Shown: positions 1-12,744 of the stretch, piece by piece | How positions within the stretch are numbered: the stretch's first letter is position 1 | Layout: every line of letters begins with the position of its first letter | Source of the DNA: Octopus sinensis | Taxonomy: Eukaryota | Assembly: GCF_006345805.1 (NCBI RefSeq) | Contig: NC_042999.1 | Location: 28,210,001 to 28,274,000 of the forward strand | Length of the DNA: 64,000 bases | Direction of reading: 5' to 3' | Made by a program: the position numbers and the translations under genes | The notes under the pieces: model-generated | Told to the model about the DNA's origin: nothing | Database searches by the model: none | Seen by the model: the letters and a program-made list of their open reading frames with translations, nothing else

Positions 1-6
1 AAGCCA

Positions 7-201
7 TTACACAAGTATCCAAGTACATGTCATCAAAAGATCGACAACAATAATGTCTAGTGAGTTACTGGTAAGAAACAAAGCTAATACAGTCACAAAC
101 ACAATTAGGTTAACAACAGGAATTTCGTTGTATGACAATTGACCTGTAATGCATTCTTGTTTCAATTCTGTTAAAGTATTGCGCAGGCTACGCGATAAGA
201 T
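7..201 (-). CDS. Possible coding exon of an unidentified host gene (weak)
   Basis: Polypyrimidine acceptor TTTTTCTCTCCTCTGCAG| directly precedes a 64-codon non-repetitive open frame (ILSRSLRNTLTELKQEC...WILV*). No family recognised with confidence. Confidence 0.2.
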   Translation of the reverse strand: MLSRSLRNTLTELKQECITGQLSYNEIPVVNLIVFVTVLALFLTSNSLDIIVVDLLMTCTWILV

Positions 202-1544
202 CTGCAGAGGAGAGAAAAATAAACTATTTATGGACAATATGTAATATTCCCGACACCAAGAGGATTTAGAACTAGCAACCCCATTCTTGTCACACACACA
301 CATACACACACACTCACACTTACCACATCCGTCGAAGAGACATAGGGTCAAAGGCTTTCCATCCATGTCTATCTCGTATTTTAGTAGTCTTTATGATTAT
401 TTTATTCAATATCTTTTGATAATGTTAAAGCAATGAAATTTGATGTGGCATATATGGCTGCTATTTCTAGTAGATCTAACGGCCAAATAGATGCATTCAT
501 TCGTTGTCTTTAGTGAAATGTATTTGTTCGCCAGGTGAGCATGGCCAATGGCAGAATAAACCTTTTATTCGGCAGTCTTACACTCTCGCAATGAAACGTA
601 AAATTTCCAGTACAGAGGAAACCATTTAAACAATACTTGAAGGTAAATGCAAGAAATTTGTTAAGCAACATTTGATACGTACAAGCGTCTTTTCATATCT
701 TATAATTTATAAAACATTGAAGAGACTAATTCAATAACTCACAAGAACTATAGAATCTTCTACATACTAAAGAAACAGAAGAACAAAGAACGACAATTGA
801 GTTTGTTGGTGAAAGCCCACTCGGTGAAAGAATGGATCACTTTAGATCTCAAATACACCTTTCAACAATCCATTGAACCAACAGCCTTTATTTTAACATT
901 CTCCCACAGAATTGTATTTATGTGTTTCAGTACATGTCACGTTTTGTACCACTACATTTGGATTTATAATAAAATTGAGATAAGTACATTGAATAAACTA
1001 ATACATTATCACGTTTTCCCCTTGTTGGGCTACACGAATTTTTATATTAGATTTTCAATCTAATATCATTCACGTTGCTTTTTCTTTCGGTAGTTTATTT
1101 ATCAATTTTGTATTTTATTCTATTTTAGTAAGTTATTGCCTGTGTAGGAAACACATCCATGAAATACCTGTTTCATTCAAGAAGGATACAATTTGTTTTA
1201 TTTTCAGTTGGATGCCTTTCCTGCTGACAACTCTATAACTAGAGGAAGTCACGTTTGGTTCCTACGTAAGTTAGAAGAACAAAATTATAACACCTACTTA
1301 TTTACAAGTGAAAAAATAAAACGTCTTCATTATCACATCACTAGCGCTATCCCTATTACCGTCATCATCATCTCCATCAGCATTATCACACTTACACCAC
1401 CCCCTCTTTCACCACATCATCAACGCTATCATCATCATCATCATCATCACCAGCAGCAGCAGCAGCAGCATTTAGGGCATATATAGTCGATAAATACTTT
1501 ACCTTATCTACAGAAATGTATTACTCTGTACCAATGTAAACTCG

Positions 1545-1616
1545 CTGATTTCTTCTTCTTCCTCTTCTTTCTCTACATCTTCTTCTTATTCCTCCTCTTC
1601 TTCCCCTTCTCTCTTC

Positions 1617-1647
<31 letters not shown>

Positions 1648-1791
1648 CTTCTTCTTCTTCTTCCACTTCTTATTGTTCTTCTTCTCCTTCTTCGCCTTCT
1701 TCCTTTTCTCTCTCCACTTCTTCTTCTTCTTCTTCTTCCACTTCTTATTGTTCTTCGTCTCCTTCTTCGCCTTCTTCCTTTTCTCTCTCCA

Positions 1792-1825
<34 letters not shown>

Positions 1826-2015
1826 TTCTTCTTCCCCTTCTTCTTCTTCTTCTTCTTTCTCCACTTCTTCCCCTTCTTCTCTTTCTTCCTTTTCTCTCTC
1901 TCTCTCTTCTTCTTCTTCCTCTTCTTTCTCTGCTTCTTTTTCATCTACTTTCTCCACTTCTCCTCCTCCCCCTTCTTCTCCTTCATCTTCATCATCATCA
2001 TCATTCACCTCTTCA
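1545..2015. repeat. (CTT)n/(CTC)n low-complexity pyrimidine tract
   Basis: Direct reading; explains the poly-K, poly-F and poly-E ORFs at 1615-2179. Confidence 0.95.
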
Positions 2016-2469
2016 TCTGTTCCTAACACCAGTACCTCTTCTCCCTTCTTAACACAATATATCAAGCTTGAACAGACGGTATTGCGTTGGTGTGTAAATT
2101 CGTCGGTATATTTCAAAATACTTCTCTGTAGTCTTGGGCAAGTTGTACAATTAAAATATAATACTATAATGGCCACCACCCCTAATTTTATAGACTGTAC
2201 TGTTGACCGGAATGTTACAGTTAGGACCGTTAAGCATATACCGTGTGCGTCACGGATAATTTCTATGAGTCCTTAGCTTGACAATCCTACGTCTGCAAAG
2301 CGAATGAAATTGATCAGTGGGTCCGAAGCAAATAGCTCAAACGGTCAGATTGTACGCTGTGCCTGATGTCTGAGTATGAATATAGATTTTTTACGAGACT
2401 GTTACGAAGTCGTCATGGTTTTCTTCAAACATTTTATGTTTTTATTAAGGATAAATGTAGTATCAATAC

Positions 2470-2625
2470 ATTGATCACAGTGCCCGACTGGTACTTATTT
2501 TATAGACTCCTAAAGGATAAAAGCAAAAGTCGACCTCCGCGGAATTTGAACTCAGAATGTGAAGTCGGACGAAATGCTACTAAACATTTTGCCCGGCGTA
2601 CTAACAATTCTGACAGCTCACCTAG
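2470..2625 (-). mobile_element. tRNA-derived SINE family B, single-unit copy
   Basis: Reverse complement of the head GAGCTGGCAGAAACGTTAGCACGCCGGGC, B-box-like GTTCAAATTCC and core CCTTTCATCCTTTCGGGGTCGATAAA...AAGTACCAG, all shared with more than 10 copies in the window. Confidence 0.8.
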
Positions 2626-2665
2626 CTTTATTTAAATATTACCACGGTTAATGTAATCACTTTAC

Positions 2666-2771
2666 CATTGAATGTCTTTAAGAAGAATCGACATGACTCC
2701 GGTTTGACAAGAACATCTTTCGTCCTGCACCAGTTACTGAAGTTTTGTGATAAGGCTTCGGCAGCTGCCAT
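2666..2771 (-). CDS. Possible first coding exon (MAAAEALSQNFSNWCRTKDVLVKPESCRFFLKTFN) (weak)
   Basis: AAAATGGCAGC start context, 35 open codons, then G|GTAAAG donor; CCGGAAAT ETS-like motif about 120 bp upstream. No homology recognised. Confidence 0.2.
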
Positions 2772-4683
2772 TTTCCCACTCAATTAGTTATTTAAAAAAA
2801 TTCAAGTGAAAAAAAAAAAAAAACGCGAATCGCTGACATTTGGCTGGTTGTCAGATACCTTTCTCAGTCATTATTTCGCTAATTTCCGGATATATATTTG
2901 CTGAATTCTAATAAAATTATATGAAATCAGCATTTACATCTAAGAATAGAAGAAGAATATAATTAAAGTTCAAAACTAGTGGCTGATTTTATGTTTAGTT
3001 TGATTGGAATATTATCAGTGAAATATTTCTTTCATCATAGACGAATGGACATTCATTTGAGAAATGTTCGTTTATGCCTCATGGTTTGGATATGGATCAA
3101 ATATGTGTGACTGGGTGGGTGACGTTTAGTATCAAAGAATATTCCTGATATTTGAGATATCATCAAGCTTAAATATTGAAAGAGCTCCTTAATTATAGTG
3201 TTTATATAGTAATCCAGATTAGATATTTAATATTGAGGAAACACTAATTCAATGTTGGCATGTCGGTTTATAACACGGTCAATGGAAACTGATGTTAGTT
3301 GATCAAAGGTCCGAACGGTAATAAATTGTGATGATAATAATAATAATAATGATTACCATAATCATTGAGAAAGTGTCATAAATTCAGAGAATTACATGCT
3401 TTTCATCTAATACTTCGGTTGTTCCGGTTTGTAATAATTACTGAAATAAAGATATCCTTAATTAGATATGAAGTATATAATGTCAGAAGGCAATGTTTTA
3501 AATAAAAGGTACCTTATTATTTGCTAGCAAGGAAAAATCAGGCAATTTAGTGGATACTACTGTCTAAATTTCAACTGCAAAGTATCTGATTTTGTTAGAT
3601 GTATTTACCATTTAGCTGAAATCAGTTCACATCACTAAACGCAGCCAAACAACCGAGGAAAGGCATGAACAATAATAATCACATTCACTCTGTTAATGTT
3701 TGCTTAGCATAGAGCTGTCAAATTAAGCGTGTTGTTGTTTAACCTTTGATCAGCCTTGATCGACCAAAGCTTTGATTCAAGACACAATGGTGGTGACCAT
3801 TCTCGCTTTTATCCAGACAAAATTTTCATAGATTCTAGGGATATTTGGTTACTATTGTTAACAAGTTGCTGCTTAGCTACAAGTCGATCCTGATTCAGTA
3901 AACATACCAGGGAAGCAGCTGACCAGTCATTGCTTCATACATTGTTGGATCCTTTCGTGCCTCTGTCTAAAAAGTGAACTTTCAAACAGTCCCATGTAGC
4001 TGGTTGATATCAACTACGACGAACCAACAAGGGACATAATTACATATTCACCTGTTAGAAATAGCAACGAAATTTCTTTCAAACCACCTTCTTAAAAAGT
4101 ATAGCCAACTTGAATTATTTAGTAGTTGATAAAAATTTGGTGGATTAGCAGATTCTTTAGAGCGACAGTTAAAGTGCTTTGAAATACTTTTTCGGAGTTT
4201 TACTGTTTTCAGTTCAGTTCATAACGGGTTAAAGTTTGCTTTTAACCATTTGGAATCGACGAAATAAAGTACCAGACAAGTAAAACTAGAACTTAGCTTC
4301 TATTCTGAAAATTGCGAAATTACATACCGTATTTTACTCGCGAATAGAGTGTCTACATTTAAGAGATAGTCATGGCATGAACACTTGTGATTGTTCATCT
4401 TAGTCTGCTTGATCAAAGATGATCTGTGGTTAAGTAACAGCAAAATCTGTAAGTCACGTGAGGGCGACCTCACTGCTATAAGCGATGGTACTATAATTGT
4501 TGCTGTTGTTCAGTTCAAGTTTTGTTGTGACAAAGCGAACCTCTGATCAAAAGCGTTCCTGTCATGCCCAATTCATTGTTTTTGGCTTAGTCCATGAACT
4601 GAATTATCTAATGCACCCTTACATTTTTTCGAGATGGTAGAACTGATTTATGAGCGGTTTAGCATTTATTTCTTGTTAGTTGT

Positions 4684-6331
4684 TGTTATCATGTGGATCT
4701 TTGTCTGCTTGTATGTTATTGTCGGCACTGTAATATTCTTATCGACAATGACTTCGAGACATCTGCCTTGACGGTAACTCCAACTGAGAACTTGTACAAC
4801 GACTCTGCTACTACTGATCTCCTACAACGACTAACTGTCAGACTTTATAGTGGCTGAGTCATACCACTTTCTCACGTCGGAAGGGGAGTGCCATTTTCAA
4901 TACAACATCTCCCTCTTTTATTTTTTCCTGTGGAAGCAAGTAATTTACTTTTACTTTATTCACGACTCTTCCCTTTTTAGCGTTTTTTTCTTTTTCCCAA
5001 CTTAATATTCTTTTCTTTTTTGGCGTCTGTTTGTAGGAAATCTGTGTCTTTCCTTTTTCTTCCACTTGTACGCGCCGATCCAACTACCTTTAAGGATGTT
5101 TGTACCTAGAATGTGTCACACAGCCGTTCCAAAGGTTCTACTTATCTATCTGGTTTAAGTTCTATGAATGGCTTCATCAATTGCTTTCTGTGTCTTATTT
5201 GAATATCTGTTCTTTTAATTCCGTACCTCATTTTTCCTAGATACTCTAATTTTGTCAACTTCCCAATATTGTTTTCCGTTTTTATACGATCTCATGTAAA
5301 TATTTTCACCAAGGTTAAAAAAAATTTTATTGTCTTTCCTGGTACTTTTTCTTTCTTCGCCAAGTAACAGCGTATCAAAAACTGATTCCACCTTTCTCGC
5401 AAACATTAGTTCTGCTGGTGAGCTTCTTGCTGGTGTATTGGGGTTCGATGTCACCCTGTATACCCTTAGAAATGCTGCAGAATGACTTCCTCTCTGACTT
5501 CCTTGTTTGCTTTTCTCAAAGCTCTTTTAAATGTATCCACAAAACGCTCTGCCTGTACATTTGATCTGGGATTGCAAGGCACTAACATTTTATATTCTAG
5601 AGTGAGCATTTCGTAGAATTTTCTAAATTCACTGAGCACAAATTGTGTTACGTTATCAGATACAATCGCGTCTGGGATGCCGAATCCTGTGAATAATTTG
5701 GGCAAAAAATTTATTACCGTTTTAGTGCAACGTTTTAATCCTTCCAAAAAAATATTTGGAAACAATTTAAAAAATCTTTTGTCTCAGTTGTTCGACTTCA
5801 TTCGAAATTTTGACCGTGCCGACTACATTTTCACAGAGAATTCTAATGGGGATATCCCACATTTTAAATAACTTCGTGCATTCTGTGCCAAACAGGTTTA
5901 GTGAATTTTTCAACACATGAATGATGGTTCTTTTTCGTTTCACCTCGAAAAGTTACAGTGCAAATACATTCGCCGATGAAATATAATTTCTTTCTTGTAA
6001 CACCATTGTTATAATGTGGATCCTCGTCCACTTGTATGTTGTTGTCGAAGCTGCAATATTCTTGTCACCACTATTATATTGTGGCTGTATTCCACGACTT
6101 ATTATCTTTGACTCCTCTATCGTGCTATCACTGATAGCTCCGCAAGACAATGACTTCGGGACGTCTACCTTGACGTTAACTCTAACTCGTATATATCTCG
6201 TATGTGACAGTGACCCCAACTGAGAACTCTACTACTAATTACCTCCTACAACGACTGACTCTCTAACTTTATAGTGGATGAGTCATACCACTCTGTCACG
6301 TAGTAAAGGGAGTACCATTTTCCTTACAACA
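4684..6331 (-). mobile_element. Internally deleted Ty3/Gypsy LTR retrotransposon with both LTRs and TSD
   Basis: Two related LTRs, 4684-4907 and 6007-6331, both TGTTA...TACAACA. 5-bp TSD GTTGT at 4679-4683 and 6332-6336. PBS-like TGGTGTTACAAG at 6005-5994 (minus). Polypurine tract AAAGAGGGAGA abuts the 3' LTR at 4908-4918. Confidence 0.9.
5215..5900 (-). pseudogene. Gypsy integrase core remnant (rve-type)
   Basis: FGIPDAIVSDNVTQFVLSEF...PRSNVQAERFVDTFKRAL followed by TPARSSPAELMFAR match the Gypsy integrase G.P..IVSDNG.QF / P.SNG.AER / TG.SPAEL motifs; frameshifted. Confidence 0.9.
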
Positions 6332-6752
6332 GTTGTTTGACCTTTATCTAGTAGAGTATTAGCATTGTATATTTGACAATTTGTTATCTGGTAGAAGTTG
6401 ACCATATGAAGTCAAAGTCTTCATTTCTATTCCTACAACTGAGCTCCGACTTCTAAAAATAAACAAGTGTAATATACTGAATTATACTAAATATAGTGTA
6501 GTGTATCAGCATAATGGTACTAGGTTAACTTTTGGCTTTGACCAAGCACAGAAATCGGGGGGTTATTGCAAGAAAATAACATGATATCACTGAATTAGAC
6601 GAAGACATAGCCCTGAAGGTGGTTAAGGACTTTATTTCGAAAACTCGTTTCTTGTTTGGATCCGAGTCTGTGTAATTGATTAATTTTCTTATATTGTGGT
6701 ATCATTACAATGCAATCATAAGTTGTTTAACGAAACCTGGGTAGAACCCTGT

Positions 6753-6802
<50 letters not shown>

Positions 6803-9265
6803 GGGTGTGTAAGCATGTTGATGTGTATTTATGTTTGTTGTGCCAAAGCATAACCTAGGCATCTGAGAAATTCTTCCTTCACTATCAGCTGCTTTCAGTC
6901 AACTACTGGACTGACATACAGTAATCCATCATCACCTAATTCATGTTGATTAAAAGCTAACAGTCCACACAGACCAGTTGTTGAATGACGGTGATGCTCT
7001 TGTGAGATAAGCCCTTGTATCAACACCGAGGCAGAATTTGAAATTAGAACTGAAACAGCCGAAATACATATGATAAGTGATCTTTCCCCTCTACATCATA
7101 ACCATAGATTGGTACTGTATCAATCCCGAAAGTACAACAGGCAAACTGATCTTGATGGGATTTGAAATTAGACGGCAGAGAATCGTAACAAACAACGAGA
7201 GGTATTCCTAAATGATTCTCCGTAAATTTAACAACTCTTCTCTGTTGAAATATACGCCCATGGATAGAAAGATAGCTATTCAAAATATGTACCAAAATAA
7301 CATAAAGTCTCTAGTGGCATCGATATTATTGACTACAGGCGTTGTACTGAATATCTGCAATTGAACGGCTGACGCTGTTAACAGAAAAGGAACCGAACAT
7401 GGCTCGCTGGGTACTCTTATCACTTCTGCTGTAACGAAAGCATTCGTTAAATTAGGTCTCAGGTTAGAACTAATTTTCAGTCTTTTAAATTACATTACTT
7501 AATAATTTCAGTGTTTATCTCCGGCTTTAACGTACGGATCAGTCCTCTAACTTTTAAATATGATAATTAAATTGTCCTTTGAAATCATCTGGTGGAATTC
7601 ATGCTGTGAATTATAATATCTTTAGCAAATTAATCTTGAAAATTTAGACGTTTCAGGAGAGAGAGAGAAAAAAATACACGAAAATCTATATTGAAATTAT
7701 TTCTCGATGCAATATTCTCAGTACAATTTATGGTATTAATTTACAATAAATTCTTAACTTCCTCACTTTAATGGTTGAATGTAGGAGTTAAAGAGAGAAA
7801 GAGAGAGAGAGAGAAACGCGAGAGAAATAGAGATATAGATAAAGAGCAAGTGTAAAAGGACAGCAGTTATTTTATGCATAAAATTAATGTTGTTTACTTT
7901 AAGATATTTTCTTTGTATTTACTATATTTTTAATAAGACTCATACAAACAAACATCTTGATTTTATTCAACAATAACAATATGCGATATTTACTTTAAAA
8001 TTAATTTTAAATTTTCTTATTGCCTAATTAACTTGTTTTTGTTTTGTAATCACAAATCACGTATATATTCAGAATTGTTAGAAGAATGTCGATGGCGTAC
8101 AGATATATTTTACCCAATTTACAGCAAATGGAAATAAAATTTCCTATTGCTAAAGTTATATTTACGCCATATTTCATCTTGAAATTTCTCTTTTTTTTAT
8201 CTTTTTAAATATTCTTGATGTAATAATTATTACTTATCAGTTGTATCTGAAAGAAAAAAATAATAATAAAAGATATACATTACAGTTTGGTTATAATCCT
8301 TTTAGTATTAGATATAATTTATTATTGATGTAATGAAATTAGGCTAGGAATTTCTTGCCTGGAAGATTACTAGCTTATATATTCATTAATTAAATTAGTG
8401 GTATGCGTTATTTCTAATATGTCTGCTAGTAGTTTTTGGACGAAAAATCATTTACAGAAAAAATATATCTATTGAGATATCTATCAGTTAGATTCCATAA
8501 GTAGAAACAAAGAAATATTAATAAAAAAATCAAATTTGTTTGTCATCAATAAACATGATATTTGATTTTGGATTTTATTTATTTATTTTTCTGAATTTAT
8601 ATTTAAATGACTTATTTTCAATAGCTTTTTGATCGATAATTTAATTATCATCTAGATTGGGACTAAATACTCTTGATGTTATTTTAGTTGAAAATTACAA
8701 CAAACGCTGAAATCTCATTATTGTATGTTTTTCTTCCTCTTGGCATTCTCTCTTGAGAAATTCATTCCGGTATATATTCTAATCAAAATTAAATTTTAAT
8801 CTACCGTTACTACCATGATAATAATAAAACAATACATCTTACTAGATACTCTGTTGTAATATGAAAATATTTCAGTCTCGAAATTTTCTCGTAGAATTGT
8901 TTTTGCTCAAACTAATCGTAAGTTTAATAATGATTTTAACATAAGAATACAGCTACATAAGTTGAACATGCGTATCTATGTCAGGTTTGCATAGTTTCCT
9001 AAATAAACTCCAGCACTTGAATGGTACTTTAATATATCAACTCTTGAAAGATGACTTCAGCTGGAATTGAACTCAGACAGTACAGAGGCAGAGCAAATAG
9101 AACAAAGCAATTTTTTCGAAGCTCCAATGAATTTGCTAAGCTACTAACCTCATCGAATGAAACTGGATTTCCAAAAAGTCTTTTAAAATTTACTATCTTA
9201 CTTAATTTTTTTAAAATTTAGGGTTATTGTTATGCACTGTGCTACAAGTAACTATTATTCTTTTA

Positions 9266-9795
9266 GTCTTTTACTTGCTTCAGTCATCAGACAGCAGTCA
9301 TGATGGGGCACCATATTAAAGAATGGTAGTCGAACGAATCGGCCCCACTACTCATGTTTCTTAAACCTGGTACTTATTCTGTCCGTTTTCGTGACGAACC
9401 GCTAAGTTACATAAGGCAACGGTCATGATGGGGCACCAAGGGAAAGAATTATAGTCGAATGAATCGGCCCCACTACTCATGTTTCTTAAGCCTGGTTCTT
9501 ATTCTGTCCGTTTTTGTCACGAACCGCTAAGTTACGGGGGAAGCAAGCACCCCAACACCGGTTGTCAAGCAATAGCAGAGGACAGACAGACAAAATACAC
9601 ATACACTCCCACACGTTCCCCCGACACACACGGCTATTTTTTCTCAGTTTCCGTCGATCAAGTCCACTCACAAGACTTTGGTCGGCTCGACGCTATAGAG
9701 GAAAAAAACTCGCCCAAGGAGCTACACAGTGAGACTGAACCCGAAACCATGAGGGAGGGAAGCAAACTTCTTACGACACATCTATGCCTACGCCT
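9266..9795 (-). mobile_element. tRNA-derived SINE family A, diverged copy with an internal ~120-bp duplication
   Basis: Same layout as 10337-10801; the block GTCATGATGGGGCACC...CCGCTAAGTTAC occurs twice (about 9297-9411 and 9422-9535). Confidence 0.75.
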
Positions 9796-10336
9796 ATTGG
9801 CTAATTACTATGGTTACTTACAGTAAATTTACAATCAGTGCGGGGAGCGGGAAGAATTGTTAGCACACCGAACACAATATGTAGTGGCATTTTGTCTGTC
9901 TTAACCTTTTGAGTCCAAACTCCACTGAGGTCGACTTTGCCTTTAATCCTTTTGGAGAGATCGATAGAGTAAGTAACAGTCAAAATTTCAGGTCAGCGAA
10001 TTAAAACTCGGAATAAAAGCATTGAAGTAGACAGTGAGTGAGTTTGCAAATGAAAACGGAAAATTTCGCCATTGCTACATCAATACCAGGAGTTGACAAT
10101 GTGAAATATTTTTAAAGAAGTGTATCATATATAGAAAGCAATATTATTTATTTTTAATAAAAAAATAAACTGATGATCCTATTATGTATCCGAGGTCAAA
10201 TTATTCATGCATCCTAAGTATGGAAGCAATTCGCGCAGCCGTTTTCGCGTGAAAAGCGAATACACATATACACACATACACAAGTGTATTTTACATAAGA
10301 TATATATATATTTCGTTTTAAATTAAGAAATTCTAT

Positions 10337-10577
10337 ACTCTTTACTCTTTTACTTGTTTCAGTCATTTGACTGCGGCCATGCTGGAGCACCGCCTTTAGT
10401 CGAGCAAATCGACCCCGGGACTTGTTCTTTGTAAGCCCAGTACTTATTTTATCGGACTCTTTTGCCGAACCGCTAAGTGACGGGGACGTAAACACACCAG
10501 CATCGATTGTCAAGCAATGCTAGGATGACGAACACAGACACAAAAACACACACACACACACACACACACATACACAA

Positions 10578-10636
<59 letters not shown>

Positions 10637-10801
10637 TACGACAGGCTTCTTTCAGTTTCCGTCTACCAAATCCACTCATAAGGCATTGATCGGCCCGGAG
10701 CTATAGCAGAAGACACTTGCACAAAATGCCACGCAGAGGGACTGAATCCGGAACGATGTGGTTGATAAGCAAGCTACTTACCACACAGCCACTTCTGCGC
10801 C
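10337..10801 (-). mobile_element. tRNA-derived SINE family A, full length
   Basis: On the minus strand: head GGCGCAG.AGTGGCTGTGTGGTAAG (A-box-like) and GGATTCAGTCCC (B-box-like), a central (TA)/(TG) microsatellite, and a 3' end CAGTCAAATGACTGAAACAAGTAAAAGAGTAAAGAG with tandem tail. Confidence 0.9.
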
Positions 10802-10928
10802 TATATAATTATTTTAGGAAATATTTTCTCAGATTTGCAGTTTGAAAATGCATAATGTATTCGTATTAAAGATATGAAGCATATAACTTTGGTCCATCCC
10901 GTAGATATTACAAAGTCCCTTTACAGGT

Positions 10929-11296
10929 ACTCTCTTTACTCTTTACTCTTTTACTTGTTTCAGTCATTTAACTGCGGCCATGCTGGAGCACCGCCTTTAG
11001 TCGAGCAAATCGACCCCGGGACTTATTCTTTGTAAGCCCAGTACTTATTCTATCTGTCTCTTTTGCCGAACCGCTAAGTGACAGGGACGTAAACACACCA
11101 GCATCGGTTGTCAGGCAATGCTAAGGGGACAAACACAGACACACAACCACGTCCCCCACATATATATGTATATATACATATATACGACAGGCTTCTTTCA
11201 GTTTCCGTCTACCAAATCCACTCACAAGGCCTTGGTCGGCCCGGGGCTATAGTAGAAGACACTTGCCCAAGATGCCACGCAGTGGGACTGAACCCG
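10929..11296 (-). mobile_element. SINE family A, head truncated
   Basis: Near-identical to 10337-10750; stops just past the B-box. Confidence 0.9.
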
Positions 11297-12084
11297 AACT
11301 CAAAATCTTGGGTGGATTAATTAGCTGTGTGTTTTAGCTGAAACCACTTTGTGGTTATTATATGTTGCGGAAATGTTACGGACACTAGAAAAACAACTTT
11401 AGCTGTTAATATAGTTTTGATGGCTATCATTCGTGTAGATTGTTGTCGGTGGAAAAATGTTTTGAAATTAAATTTAGACAATTTTGGCTATATCGGCTTT
11501 CACGTTGATGCTGTAAGGCGGATTAACCGAAAAGTTAATTAGGTTACAACTTTTGTTTAATTTCTCTTCGTTTTTCGCCCAGTGTCAGAACTTCGTTATA
11601 TATGAAACTGATGTCGTGTTTTTGAAACTGGTATTCTCTCAACTCTTTCTGCAATACCTGGCTACACCGACAAATGGAGATCTGTGGGAAGCTATATTAC
11701 CTATCTAATTAGTTAGACATCGAATATCACCACAACATAGTTAGATTCCTTTATATACACAAGTGTTCCGTTATGTTTACTGTAGTATATTGAATAGCGT
11801 GGGTGAAAATCCAAAGTGAAAATGTAACAACTAGACTATATATGGCAACATTCAAGTTATAAATCTCAATTTCAACTCCCACACTATTTCCTGAGGTAGT
11901 CAAGCCAGCATGTTTGTAACATACATGTTTTTAAATATTGCACACATACATACTATGTAAGATCTCTAACGAGGTAAAAATGTTCATGCCGGTGTCCTCA
12001 CGCTGAAGTCAAATAGATGATCCATGTCTTATATCCGTGCGCGTCTATACTGAATAAGATATATATTGAAGAATGCCAATACAC

Positions 12085-12190
12085 ACACGTACACATTCAA
12101 ACACATACATACATACATACATACATACATACATACGTACATATATCTATATATACATACATACGTAAATATATTTATATACATACATGC

Positions 12191-12223
<33 letters not shown>

Positions 12224-12230
12224 CATACAT

Positions 12231-12284
<54 letters not shown>

Positions 12285-12365
12285 CATACATATATACATA
12301 CATACATACAATATATATATATATATGTATATATACATACATACACACACACACACATATATATA
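12085..12365. repeat. (TA)n/(TACA)n compound microsatellite
   Basis: Direct reading; source of the YIYI ORF artefacts. Confidence 0.95.
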
Positions 12366-12366
12366 A

Positions 12367-12707
12367 TCTTTTATTTGTTTCAGACATTTGACTGCGACCA
12401 TGCTGTAGCACTACCTTTACTCGAACAAATCGACCCCAGGACTTATTTTTTATAAGCGTAGTATTTATTCTATCACATTCTTTTGCCGAACCGCTATTTT
12501 ACGGGGACATAAACACACCAACATCGGTTTTCATGCGAGGGTGGACAAACACAGACACACAAACACACACACACATATATATATATATATACGACGGGCT
12601 TCTCTCAATTTCCGTCTATCAAATCATCTGAGAAGGCTTTGGCCGGCCCGAGGCTATAGTACAAGACACTTGCCGAAGGTGCCATGCAGTGGGACTGAAT
12701 CCTGAAC
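12367..12707 (-). mobile_element. SINE family A, head truncated
   Basis: Same body as 10337-10801; abuts the piggyBac relic. Confidence 0.85.
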
Positions 12708-12744
12708 TGCTTTGTTTTGCTGCTAACAAAGGAAGTCATACATT

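Noticed and set aside
1193-1486. His/Gln-rich ORF resembling a transcription-factor low-complexity region
   Set aside because: Driven by (CAT)n(CAG)n; the rest is unrecognisable and lacks splice support.
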